From positions 1 through 34,457 of the IMG/VR virus record IMGVR_UViG_2908572912_000001: DNA of 34,457 bases; one strand, 5' to 3'. The stretch comes from a virus. Taxonomy: Duplodnaviria; Heunggongvirae; Uroviricota; Caudoviricetes. Of this stretch, positions 21,470-30,190 are shown piece by piece; positions within the stretch are counted from its first letter, which is position 1; each line of letters begins with the position of its first letter. The notes under the pieces are model-generated. The model worked only from the letters and a program-made list of their open reading frames with translations, ran no database searches and had not been told where the DNA came from. The position numbers and the translations under genes are program-made.

Positions 21470-21625
21470 CTGTCGAAGTAAAACACCGAATGTAAAAAAT
21501 CGTAGGTGCATTTCTGCATCTGTGAATGGAGAAGATAGGTTGGATTGTATGTGCGCATAAACGTCCCCGTTTAGCGCAGAAGTCACCGGAGTTGTTCAGG
21601 CTCCGGCTTATTAATATTGCCTACT
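21470..21625. repeat. Copy B of the ~150-bp direct repeat; includes hairpin ccggag ttgttcagg ctccgg
   Basis: See copy A. Confidence 0.6.
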
Positions 21626-21685
21626 TACAATTAATTTTTCAACTGTTAGAAACTTATAATTAGCTGTCTCTTTGTAACTATCAAT

Positions 21686-23581
21686 TTAATTATTTTTCTT
21701 TAACTTGAAATTTCTTCCCATTGCTAGTGTTCTTCGAAGATTCGAATCATAAGCTGGTTGATAATATCTATCATAAAAATCCTTAATTGTCTGATGGTAA
21801 GTATCCAGCATCAAACCATAAAACCCCATGACCTTAAGATAATCCACCAAGGGAAATAAATAATCATCAGTCTGAACATCAGTATCAATATTATTTTTTT
21901 GTTTTTTAACTTCAAATTTGTATAAGTTTAACTCACCCTTATCCATCGTGCATGAAAAAAGGTCGTCAAAAATCAAATCAATTTTTGTCATAGGAACTCG
22001 TTCTTTTCCAGACATTATAGGTAGAATATCAATACCTAAGAGCGAACCTAATACAAAGTCGTAATGAAGCGAAATCACTGAGTCATTCGATGTCGAGTTG
22101 CCTTTGATAAATACTCTACTTAGTGCCGAGTCAAAAACATTCTCAACTCTCTCTCTCGTCATGTTTGCGACATCTACAACCCCCATATCACGAGAAGCTT
22201 TTATTGTGATTTCATCTATAAATGCTTTGGAATCTAGTGAATGTAAAAACAACATGAAGTTATCTAACTGTTCAGAGCATTTAATAGCCACCATAAGATT
22301 TTCGTATATATCTTTTTTATACTCAATCGGTAAATTTGCTACCGCAAAAGCAGCATAAAATTCTTGCACTGATTTATGCAGAAAAACATACCTATTATTT
22401 CCCTCAGGTTGGATAAGGCAAGTTATCTCAATAAGATCATCTATAAAGTTTGATGCATCTTCTTTAAGATAACCTTCTGTTTCAATAGCATCTTCAGCAT
22501 ATCTAAGCAACTCCTCTCCCCAAAACTCAAATTTCTCCTCAATCAGTGCGTTATAGCAAATAGCTGAAAAACACAATTTAGCTTTTTCACCAATAATGTT
22601 TGATTTTTTCTCGCGCGTATATACTTTTATTTTATCATGCCTTGCATATAAGGTGTCAAAGAGGCTTCGATAAAACTCTATTATATTATTTGGAATATCA
22701 TTCATATAAGGATAACAATAATACAAAAGAGTAACTAAAATTGGATTGCAAATAGTTCCCTCAAGTTCTTCTTTATCACATAGTAAATCCGCCAAGACTT
22801 TAAACGAGGCATCACTACTTGAGAATCTGTCATTTTTCGATAAAGAATGAAGAATACAAATCTTATCAGAAATATTTAGCTTATCTATAAAAATATTATA
22901 CACATCAGTAGTATAACATATATCTGTATTTGGTCTCGTTGTTGCGATAATTGGTGTGTTAAAATGATAATGAATGTTTTTTATTTCATTCATCATCATA
23001 GTTCGCTCTTCATGTTTAACCTCATCAAATCCATCCAACATTAAAACGACTCTTTGGGATTGCAGTAATATTTTCAAGCTATCCTCTGAACACCCCACAC
23101 CAAATGAATTAAGAATGTCTGCCAGATAAGCAATAATATTTGCATTCTTCACCCTTCTTAATTCAATAAAAAAAGGCATCCGTTCTGATTTTTTTATTTC
23201 CTCGCTAAACAACTTGCGTAAAATAGTACTTTTCCCTTGCCCCGCTATACCGACTATATTTACAATACCATGAAATGGTAAAGTGACCCCATCTTTTATA
23301 ACGACCTTGTCTTTATTAGATGCCACCTCAACAGTTAACGGATAATAAATATCATCTAAAAAAATATCATAATCAGCGTTGTGCAAAGTTCTCATTTTCA
23401 GAGATGGTAGCACATGCTTTCTTAAATAATTTTCTCTTCCGAGGGGATCATTTAATTGTTCGAGTATAACCTTGCCTTCATCTAGGTCCCTAGCCCAAGG
23501 TTTAGAGAGCAATACTTCTGTTATTTTTTCCGCAGCTTTTCCTACTGTGCTATTAATAATAGTCGCAAGAAACTCATCCAT
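21686..23581 (-). CDS. NACHT-family STAND NTPase (bacterial NLR-like), candidate antiphage protein; ~110-aa N-terminal region, central NACHT, ~350-aa C-terminal region
   Basis: Walker A GIAGQGKST, NACHT-type Walker B VVLMLDGFDEV, sensor-1-like IIATTRP; GC ~30 percent island. Start placed at ATG (MDEFL...) preceded by GGTGA; track alt-start gives 23638. Confidence 0.8.
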   Translation of the reverse strand: MDEFLATIINSTVGKAAEKITEVLLSKPWARDLDEGKVILEQLNDPLGRENYLRKHVLPSLKMRTLHNADYDIFLDDIYYPLTVEVASNKDKVVIKDGVTLPFHGIVNIVGIAGQGKSTILRKLFSEEIKKSERMPFFIELRRVKNANIIAYLADILNSFGVGCSEDSLKILLQSQRVVLMLDGFDEVKHEERTMMMNEIKNIHYHFNTPIIATTRPNTDICYTTDVYNIFIDKLNISDKICILHSLSKNDRFSSSDASFKVLADLLCDKEELEGTICNPILVTLLYYCYPYMNDIPNNIIEFYRSLFDTLYARHDKIKVYTREKKSNIIGEKAKLCFSAICYNALIEEKFEFWGEELLRYAEDAIETEGYLKEDASNFIDDLIEITCLIQPEGNNRYVFLHKSVQEFYAAFAVANLPIEYKKDIYENLMVAIKCSEQLDNFMLFLHSLDSKAFIDEITIKASRDMGVVDVANMTRERVENVFDSALSRVFIKGNSTSNDSVISLHYDFVLGSLLGIDILPIMSGKERVPMTKIDLIFDDLFSCTMDKGELNLYKFEVKKQKNNIDTDVQTDDYLFPLVDYLKVMGFYGLMLDTYHQTIKDFYDRYYQPAYDSNLRRTLAMGRNFKLKKNN

Positions 23582-23968
23582 TTTTTCACCACATTCATTA
23601 ACCAATACGTGGTGCATTCTTACAAGACTCAGTAACAATTGTCAATCATAGGTTTTCGCATGATTGCAAAACGCCATAAACAATTGTAGCACCATAATTT
23701 TAAACACTATAAATATACAACCTTCCTACAAGCATTCAGTACATCGCTTAATCACAGGGCTTGAATATATAGTAAGGAATCGATATTAATCACCTCATCT
23801 ACTTTAAACATCTTACACACCTATAATTTATAATAGTCAACACGAGGTCATCATATTAAACATGCAATTACAAACATTCATTTTTATATAAATTTTCATG
23901 ATTTAACCGTAGAGCGACGGTAATAAATTTCATATACAAGGATTTAAGCTCCCATACGTTTTCTATTA

Positions 23969-24148
23969 TTAAAAATAACATACCGTTCGCCAGACCTTAC
24001 CATCAATGACCAGGATTCCTGCCCGCGCCATTTTTGCCGCAGCCTGATTTATGCTGGTTAATGTCACACCTGTTGTCGCAGCAACGTCCGGCGCACAGAA
24101 GCTCTTGTGCGTCCCCAGGTAATGAATAATTGCTTCTTTTCCCGTCAT
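23969..24148 (-). pseudogene. ren: ren, 3'-truncated (about 55 Ren-like codons then 4 foreign codons and stop)
   Basis: MTGKEAIIHYLGTHKSFCAPDVAATTGVTLTSINQAAAKMARAGILVIDGKVWRTV matches the lambda Ren N-terminus; ATGA overlap with P stop; homology ends where the AT-rich island begins. Confidence 0.7.
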
Positions 24149-24786
24149 ACACTGGCTCCTTTCAGTCCGAACTTAGCTTTGATTTCTGCAATCTTCGCCA
24201 GAGCCTGTGCACGATTTAGAGGTCTACCGCCCATGACAGGAAGTTGTTTTACTGGTTCAGGTATAGCCTCACCACGGTTAATTCTCGCAGTCATATGGGC
24301 AAGTTCATCGGCAGCCTTGCGCCGTAATTCCGAGTCAGTCAACGCATTAGCCCGCATGTTCTGATACAGGTTGGTAACCAGCCAGTAGTGCGCGTTTGAT
24401 TTCCACGGATAAGACTCTGCGTCCGGATACAGGCCACGCTTCCGGCAATACTCGTAAACCATATCAACCAGCTCGCTGGCGTTTGGCAGTCCGGCGGTAA
24501 CGGATGCTTCTTCCCGGCACCAGGCGACAAACTGCCCGGGTGATGGCAGGAATGGTCGATTCTGCCGACGGGCTACGCGCATTCCTGCGTTAACCTGTTC
24601 CATTGTGGTGATCCCGTTTTCCCGGAAAGCCAGAACCCACTGGCGGCGGATTTCGTTCAGTTCGTTCTGATCCCGGTTAGCCAGGCTCGCAGGGAAAGTT
24701 GCCAGTAACTGTCTGAACACACCGTTGATGATCTGCGCTACCTGCTGTATCTGCTGGTTTAATCTTTCCACCAGTGGCTGAGACAA
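24145..24786 (-). pseudogene. P: Replication protein P with intact C-terminal ~205 residues but disrupted 5' end; no O gene present
   Basis: ...QQVAQIINGVFRQLLATFPASLANRDQNELNEIRRQWVLAFRENGITTMEQ...AKIAEIKAKFGLKGASV matches lambda P; the P-type ATGAAAA start lies 52 nt upstream in a different frame, continuous with the upstream HTH ORF. Confidence 0.8.
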
Positions 24787-24925
24787 TTTTCATTACATAG
24801 CGGGCATCAATTCCGCCACCGTGTAGCCAACGCCAAACTGTGGGTTGGGCTACACCGCATAGATCTGCCAGTCGTTTTTGACTACCTGTAATACTGATTG
24901 CGAGTTGAATGGTTTGATTTGTCAT
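24677..24925 (-). CDS. Cro-like HTH protein; the native C-terminus is uncertain because the frame runs through the P start region
   Basis: MTNQTIQLAISITGSQKRLADLCGVAQPTVWRWLHGG has a Cro/CI-type HTH; divergent from cI across an operator region. Confidence 0.5.
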   Translation of the reverse strand: MTNQTIQLAISITGSQKRLADLCGVAQPTVWRWLHGGGIDARYVMKIVSATGGKIKPADTAGSADHQRCVQTVTGNFPCEPG

Positions 24926-25035
24926 TATCAATTCCTATTGGTATTGCAATGAATAAATAATAGCAATGCGTATTAATCCAAGCAATAGCAAAACGTGTTT
25001 TGACCATCAATACGCAAGCGTATAAATTAAAACTT
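24926..25035. promoter_or_regulatory. Immunity-region divergent promoters and operators: pR candidate on minus strand (-35 TTGCTT 24980-24985, 17-bp spacer, -10 TATTAT 24957-24962); pRM candidate on plus strand (-35 TTGACC 24999-25004, -10 TATAAA 25021-25026) giving near-leaderless cI
   Basis: Consensus-like sigma70 hexamers with 16-17 bp spacing; spacers contain TAGCAAT/GCAATAGCAA and TACGCAAGCGTA motifs. Confidence 0.55.
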
Positions 25036-25728
25036 ATGAAAAAAGAAACTCTTGCTGATCGCTTAAACCTAGCGATGGAACAATCTGGAATGTCTCAAGG
25101 CGCTCTTGCAAAGGCGTCTGGCGTAGCTCAACCCACAATCTGGAGACTGACAAGCGGCAATGCGCGCGGCTCAACAAAAATTGTTGAAATAGCTAATGCA
25201 TTGGGTGTTCGAACAGAATGGCTCTCTTCAGGCATAGGCCCGATGAGAAATGACGGTCAACAATCAGGGAAGCCTGCTGTCAGCCATTCCAAATACTTCA
25301 AAATTGACGTTCTTGATATAGAAGTCAGTGCCGGGCCGGGTGTAATCAACCGTGAGTTTGTAGAAGTTCTACGCTCGGTTGAATACTCGTTTGACGATGC
25401 TCGTCACATGTTCGATGGCAGGAAGGCGGAAAATATCCGCATCATTAACGTGCGTGGTGACAGCATGTCAGGAACGATCGAACCAGGTGATCTGCTGTTC
25501 GTTGATATCACGGTTAAATCTTTCGACGGTGATGGTATCTATGCGTTTCTGTATGACGACACCGCCCATGTAAAACGCCTGCAAATGATGAAGGATAAGC
25601 TGCTGGTTATCTCTGATAACAAGAGCTACTCACCGTGGGACCCGATCGAGAAAGACGAGATGAACCGCGTGTTCATCTTCGGGAAAGTCATCGGGAGCAT
25701 GCCGCAGACATATAGAAAGCATGGGTAG
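25036..25728 (+). CDS. cI: CI-type prophage repressor (N-terminal HTH, C-terminal LexA/S24 autopeptidase-like domain)
   Basis: HTH MSQGALAKASGVAQPTIWRL; C-terminal VRGDSMSGTIEPGDLLFVD and HVKRL (Ser/Lys dyad pattern). Track alt-start at 25000. Confidence 0.85.
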   Translation: MKKETLADRLNLAMEQSGMSQGALAKASGVAQPTIWRLTSGNARGSTKIVEIANALGVRTEWLSSGIGPMRNDGQQSGKPAVSHSKYFKIDVLDIEVSAGPGVINREFVEVLRSVEYSFDDARHMFDGRKAENIRIINVRGDSMSGTIEPGDLLFVDITVKSFDGDGIYAFLYDDTAHVKRLQMMKDKLLVISDNKSYSPWDPIEKDEMNRVFIFGKVIGSMPQTYRKHG

Positions 25729-25857
25729 AAATCAGAACAAAATTATGCACTTCGCTTTTCAGCTTACTGTAGTAAGGCAATAAATTAGGCTTGACGTTAG
25801 CTATCAGGTGCACAACAATAATTGTTGAATAATAGGTTTTTTTAACTAGGTGATAAC

Positions 25858-26997
25858 ATGGCAGCGGTTGAATTTCAATTGTCTAGGAAGATGATTGATT
25901 GGATAGCAAATTCTCAAGGAGTTTCTATCGAAACTCTTGCTGACCAAGTCATGCCCAAAAAGATTAATAAATTTCTTAACGGAGTGGTAAGTAAATCCGC
26001 AGCAGAAAAACTGGCAAAAATTGGAGGAATCCCTTTCGGTTTTTTATTTCTTGAAACGCCACCAACTCCAGCCAAACCCAAGATCCCTGACTTAAGGCAA
26101 GCTATAAATAGCCGTGAGTTAGGAAAAGATTTTTTTGATGTTTACTATGATATAGAATATAAACTTGAGTGGTACAAAGACTATTTAAGAGAAAATGGTA
26201 ATGATGATCCACTCGATTTTATTGGTAAATTTAAATTTAATAGAAAATTAAATTATAAGGTTGTTGCTACAGACATAGCAAACACAATACATTTTGATAT
26301 ACAAAAAGAGATAAAAAATGTCACTTTTGAGAGCTATTTTTCTAAAGTGGCAAAACTAATAGAAGACACTGGCGTATTAGTTTTCAAGAATGGTGTTGTG
26401 GGTAATAATAATAAAAGAAAACTTGACACGCGAGAGTTTCGTGGTTTCTGTATATCTGATAGCGTTGCTCCGATCATTTTTGTAAATAGCTCGGACGCGT
26501 TATCTGCGCAGGTATTTACATTATTTCATGAGGTGGCTCATCTTTGGCTTGGAGTCGATGGAGTCTCTGGGTGGGACACAGAAAAAAACATAGAATCTTT
26601 TTGTAATAAAGTTGCTGCTGAAATCTTAATGCCTGATAATCTCTTCAAATCTTTCTGGCTTAATGCATCCAGCGATAATAATTATTATCGAGTAAAAGAG
26701 GTTTCTAAGTTATTTAAGGTTAGTGATTTCGCTTGTGCAATCAAAGCGTTACAATTAGATTTGATAGAAAGAAACACTTTGGAGATAATTAAAGATCAAG
26801 CTTACAATAAGCCCAAAAAAGAATCCAATGGTGGTTCTTTCTTTAACACATTACCTGTTCGTAACAGTCCAAAACTTACGAATATAATAATTTCCAAAGC
26901 AATGTCTCAACAATTACCATTAAGGGAAGCAGGCGTACTGCTAAATGTAAAAGCAGATACAGTTGTTGAATTTTATAAAAAACGAGAATCTCTATGA
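25858..26997 (+). CDS. HTH domain fused to ImmA/IrrE-family HExxH metallopeptidase (COG2856-like)
   Basis: HEVAHLWLG zinc-binding motif at about residue 215; N-terminal HTH-like segment; GC ~33 percent; located where rexA-rexB sit in lambda. Confidence 0.75.
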   Translation: MAAVEFQLSRKMIDWIANSQGVSIETLADQVMPKKINKFLNGVVSKSAAEKLAKIGGIPFGFLFLETPPTPAKPKIPDLRQAINSRELGKDFFDVYYDIEYKLEWYKDYLRENGNDDPLDFIGKFKFNRKLNYKVVATDIANTIHFDIQKEIKNVTFESYFSKVAKLIEDTGVLVFKNGVVGNNNKRKLDTREFRGFCISDSVAPIIFVNSSDALSAQVFTLFHEVAHLWLGVDGVSGWDTEKNIESFCNKVAAEILMPDNLFKSFWLNASSDNNYYRVKEVSKLFKVSDFACAIKALQLDLIERNTLEIIKDQAYNKPKKESNGGSFFNTLPVRNSPKLTNIIISKAMSQQLPLREAGVLLNVKADTVVEFYKKRESL

Positions 26998-27506
26998 TTC
27001 ATAATGGAAAATTCTTAATTGATAGTAATGTCTTCATAGAGGCAAAAAACTTTGCATATAACTTCAATTATTGCAAAATATTTTGGGATTTTCTTCTCGC
27101 TTTACACATTAATGGTCTGATTTATAGCATTAATGCTGTAAAAAAATAACTATGTGCAAAAGATGATCCATTGTGTAAATGGATTAAAGAAGAGTTACCA
27201 TCATCATTCTTCGAAGATGAGCATAGTTCAATAGAAAATTATGCAAAGTTAATAAATTGGTCAACTAAATTAGATGTTACCGAAAAGGCAAAGTTTGATT
27301 TTGCAAGCCATGAAAAAGCAGATGCTTTTTTAATAGCCCATGCGATGACACATGGATATACTATTATTACCCATGAGAAACCATCCGGTGGCAAACCTAA
27401 AAAAAGAATAATGATCCCGGATGCTGCTGCTTCTCACGGCGTTAAGACATTAACACTATATGAATTTCTTCCAAGATACGCTAGTCATAATTTTTCTTTG
27501 AAATAA
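26994..27506 (+). pseudogene. DUF4411-like PIN-like nuclease gene, translationally coupled (ATGA) to the ImmA gene, interrupted by an in-frame TAA at 27147-27149
   Basis: Codons 1-51 MIHNGKFLIDSNVFIEAKNF... (PIN-like Asp in LIDSN) then TAA, then the same frame continues 118 codons to 27506 (...ADAFLIAHAMTHGYTIITHEKP...). Frame verified codon by codon. Confidence 0.65.
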
Positions 27507-27511
27507 AACGT

Positions 27512-27538
27512 CCCGGCCACCGTGCCGGGTTTTCTTTT
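27512..27538 (+). terminator. Rho-independent terminator closing the cI/rex-position operon (cccggc caccgt gccggg + ttttctttt)
   Basis: Perfect 6-bp GC stem and T-run. Confidence 0.7.
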
Positions 27539-27639
27539 GCCTCCCCTCATCACACACACCGTTCAAAAAACCACCACAACCCCGCTTCAGTTATCGCTAT
27601 GCGATGCAAGTCACAAAATTAATTCTTTTTGCTATCAAA

Positions 27640-27710
27640 TATTTAATATCAAAACACATCTAGCAATAGCAATAAGTATTGATATCATCAATAGCAATAG
27701 CTATTATCAC
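27640..27710 (+). promoter_or_regulatory. pL-like promoter with operator repeats: -35 TTGATA (27679-27684), 17-bp spacer tcatcaatagcaatagc, -10 TATTAT (27702-27707); flanking CTAGCAATAGCAATAAG and CAATAGCAATAGCTATT repeats
   Basis: Near-consensus hexamers with 17-bp spacing; same GCAATAGC motif as at oR. Confidence 0.55.
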
Positions 27711-27780
27711 CATGTCGCAACAACACAACGATACGGCAATCACCTGATTCACCGTTGCGATGACCGCTTAGATCCGCAGC

Positions 27781-28191
27781 TTGAATTTCAGCAGGCTCCG
27801 GGGAGTGCGAGGGGTGAAGCGGACGCGTGAACGTCGGTGTGACCAGCTGAAATCAACTCAACACTTCATACCTCAGTCGCTTCAACGAGGCGGCTTAGTT
27901 ATGACAACCGGCGGCCATCCACCGCCTGAATACGCGCAGAAGTCTTTATATGTTCAGCAGCCCAGCTTACGGGCAGGAGTTTTTATGGTTCATCAACATT
28001 ACGGAACGCAGACCGTTAATCGCGGTGCGGTCATGCCAGGAATGCTGGTCAAACACAAAGATGGTACCTGGACTGCATCAGCTAATTTACGCGGACGGCT
28101 TTATCTGCATCGCGGCATCGAGCGCACTTATACCCGTGATTTGCTCGTAGAAGTTTTTCTCGACGGACGCGGTAACGGCCTGAATCACTAA
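27781..28191 (+). CDS. Hypothetical early-left protein; N-terminal Arg-rich stretch (RLRGVRGVKRTRERR) if the TTG start is used; alternative ATG at 27901
   Basis: First ORF after the pL-like promoter, the place of N in lambda; no similarity to lambda N beyond an Arg-rich motif. Confidence 0.35.
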   Translation: MNFSRLRGVRGVKRTRERRCDQLKSTQHFIPQSLQRGGLVMTTGGHPPPEYAQKSLYVQQPSLRAGVFMVHQHYGTQTVNRGAVMPGMLVKHKDGTWTASANLRGRLYLHRGIERTYTRDLLVEVFLDGRGNGLNH

Positions 28192-28267
28192 CCCCTCTTT
28201 CCTGTTTTCCTAATCAGCCTGGCATTTCGCGGGCGATATTTTCACAGCCATTTTCAGGAGTTCAGCC

Positions 28268-28564
28268 ATGAACGCTTATTACATTCAGGATCGTCTTGAG
28301 GCTCAGAGCTGGGCACGTCACTACCAGCAGATCGCCCGTGAAGAGAAAGAGGCAGAACTGGCAGACAACATGGAAAAAGGTCTTCCACAGCACCTGTTTG
28401 AATCACTCTGTATCGATCATTTGCAACGCTGCGGGGCCAGCAAAAAAGCCATTACCCGTGCGTTTGATGACGATGTTGAGTTTCAGGAGCGCATGGCAGA
28501 ACACATCCGGTACATGGTTGAAACCATTGCTCACCACCAGTTTGATATTGATTCAGAGGTATAA
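28268..28564 (+). CDS. gam: Gam (RecBCD inhibitor), short GamS form
   Basis: [54 protein letters not shown]... matches lambda Gam; the long-form N-terminal extension is in a different frame here. Confidence 0.9.
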   Translation: MNAYYIQDRLEAQSWARHYQQIAREEKEAELADNMEKGLPQHLFESLCIDHLQRCGASKKAITRAFDDDVEFQERMAEHIRYMVETIAHHQFDIDSEV

Positions 28565-28569
28565 AACGG

Positions 28570-29355
28570 ATGAGTACAGCACTCGCAACGCTGGCAGGGA
28601 AGCTGGCTGAACGTGTCGGCATGGATTCTGTCGACCCACAGGAACTGATCACCACTCTTCGCCAGACGGCATTTAAAGGTGATGCCAGCGATGCGCAGTT
28701 CATCGCATTGTTGATCGTCGCCAACCAGTACGGCCTTAATCCGTGGACGAAAGAAATTTACGCCTTCCCTGATAAGCAGAACGGCATTGTTCCGGTGGTG
28801 GGCGTTGATGGCTGGTCCCGCATCATCAATGAAAACCAGCAGTTTGATGGCATGGACTTTGAGCAGGACAATGAATCCTGTACATGCCGGATTTACCGCA
28901 AGGACCGTAATCATCCGATCTGCGTTACCGAATGGATGGATGAATGCCGCCGCGAACCATTCAAAACCCGCGAAGGCAGAGAAATCACGGGGCCGTGGCA
29001 GTCGCATCCCAAACGGATGTTACGGCATAAAGCCATGATTCAGTGTGCCCGTCTGGCCTTCGGATTTGCTGGTATCTATGACAAGGATGAAGCCGAGCGC
29101 ATTGTCGAAAATACTGCATACACTGCAGAACGTCAGCCAGAACGCGACATCACTCCGGTTAACGATGAAACCATGCAGGAGATTAACACTCTGCTGATCG
29201 CCCTGGATAAAACATGGGATGACGACTTATTGCCGCTCTGTTCCCAGATATTTCGCCGCGACATTCGCGCATCGTCAGAACTGACACAGGCCGAAGCAGT
29301 GAAAGCTCTTGGATTCCTGAAACAGAAAGCCACTGAGCAGAAGGTGGCAGCATGA
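28570..29355 (+). CDS. bet: Bet (Red-beta single-strand annealing recombinase)
   Basis: 261 aa, matches lambda Bet along its full length from memory. Confidence 0.95.
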   Translation: MSTALATLAGKLAERVGMDSVDPQELITTLRQTAFKGDASDAQFIALLIVANQYGLNPWTKEIYAFPDKQNGIVPVVGVDGWSRIINENQQFDGMDFEQDNESCTCRIYRKDRNHPICVTEWMDECRREPFKTREGREITGPWQSHPKRMLRHKAMIQCARLAFGFAGIYDKDEAERIVENTAYTAERQPERDITPVNDETMQEINTLLIALDKTWDDDLLPLCSQIFRRDIRASSELTQAEAVKALGFLKQKATEQKVAA

Positions 29356-30032
29356 CACCGGACATTATCCTGCAGCGTACCGGGATCGACGTGAGAGCTG
29401 TCGAACAGGGGGATGATGCATGGCACAAATTACGGCTCGGCGTCATCACCGCTTCAGAAGTTCACAACGTGATAGCAAAGCCCCGATCAGGAAAGAAGTG
29501 GCCTGACATGAAAATGTCCTACTTCCACACCCTGCTGGCTGAGGTTTGCACCGGTGTGGCTCTGGAAGTTAACGCTAAAGCGCTGGCCTGGGGAAAACAG
29601 TACGAGAACGACGCCAGAACCCTGTTTGAGTTCACTTCCGGCGTAAATGTTATTGAATCCCCGATCATCTATCGCGACGAAAGTATGCGCACCGCCTGCT
29701 CTCCCGATGGTTTATGCAGTGACGGCAATGGCCTTGAGCTGAAATGCCCGTTTACCTCCCGGGATTTCATGAAGTTCCGGCTCGGTGGTTTCGAGGCCAT
29801 AAAGTCGGCTTACATGGCCCAGGTGCAGTACAGCATGTGGGTGACGCGAAAAGATGCCTGGTACTTTGCCAACTATGACCCGCGTATGAAGCGTGAAGGC
29901 CTGCATTATGTCGTGGTTGAGCGGGATGAAAAGTACATGGCGAGTTTTGACGAGATGGTGCCGGAGTTCATCGAAAAAATGGACGAGGCACTGGCTGAAA
30001 TTGGTTTTGTATTTGGGGAGCAATGGCGATGA
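29352..30032 (+). CDS. exo: Exo (Red-alpha 5'-3' exonuclease)
   Basis: 226 aa, matches lambda Exo along its full length from memory. Confidence 0.95.
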   Translation: MTPDIILQRTGIDVRAVEQGDDAWHKLRLGVITASEVHNVIAKPRSGKKWPDMKMSYFHTLLAEVCTGVALEVNAKALAWGKQYENDARTLFEFTSGVNVIESPIIYRDESMRTACSPDGLCSDGNGLELKCPFTSRDFMKFRLGGFEAIKSAYMAQVQYSMWVTRKDAWYFANYDPRMKREGLHYVVVERDEKYMASFDEMVPEFIEKMDEALAEIGFVFGEQWR

Positions 30033-30190
30033 AGCATCCTCACGATAATATCCGGGTAGGCACGATCACTTTCGTCTACTCCGTTACAAAGCGAGGCTGG
30101 ATATTTCCCGGCCTTTCTGTTATCCGAAATCCCCTGAAAGCACAGCGGCTGGCTGAGGAGATAAATAATAAACGGGGGCTGTATGACTGA
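30029..30190 (+). CDS. Small lambda-like ORF downstream of exo (53 aa, [53 protein letters not shown])
   Basis: ATGA overlap with exo stop and with the methyltransferase start; lambda carries a similar ORF here. Confidence 0.5.
   Translation: MKHPHDNIRVGTITFVYSVTKRGWIFPGLSVIRNPLKAQRLAEEINNKRGLYD

Noticed and set aside
21338-21586. 82-aa minus-strand and 69-aa plus-strand ORFs downstream of the NACHT gene
   Set aside because: Both overlap repeat copy B, which is non-coding in copy A; kept only as a weak possibility of a small membrane partner.
27640-27710. Short tandem GCAATAGC repeats considered as a possible CRISPR-like or satellite array
   Set aside because: Only 2-3 copies, no spacer structure, and positioned in promoter spacers; operator sites are the better explanation.
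27522-27830. 102-aa ORF spanning the pL/operator region
   Set aside because: Covers the promoter and operator repeats; low-complexity translation; more likely non-coding.
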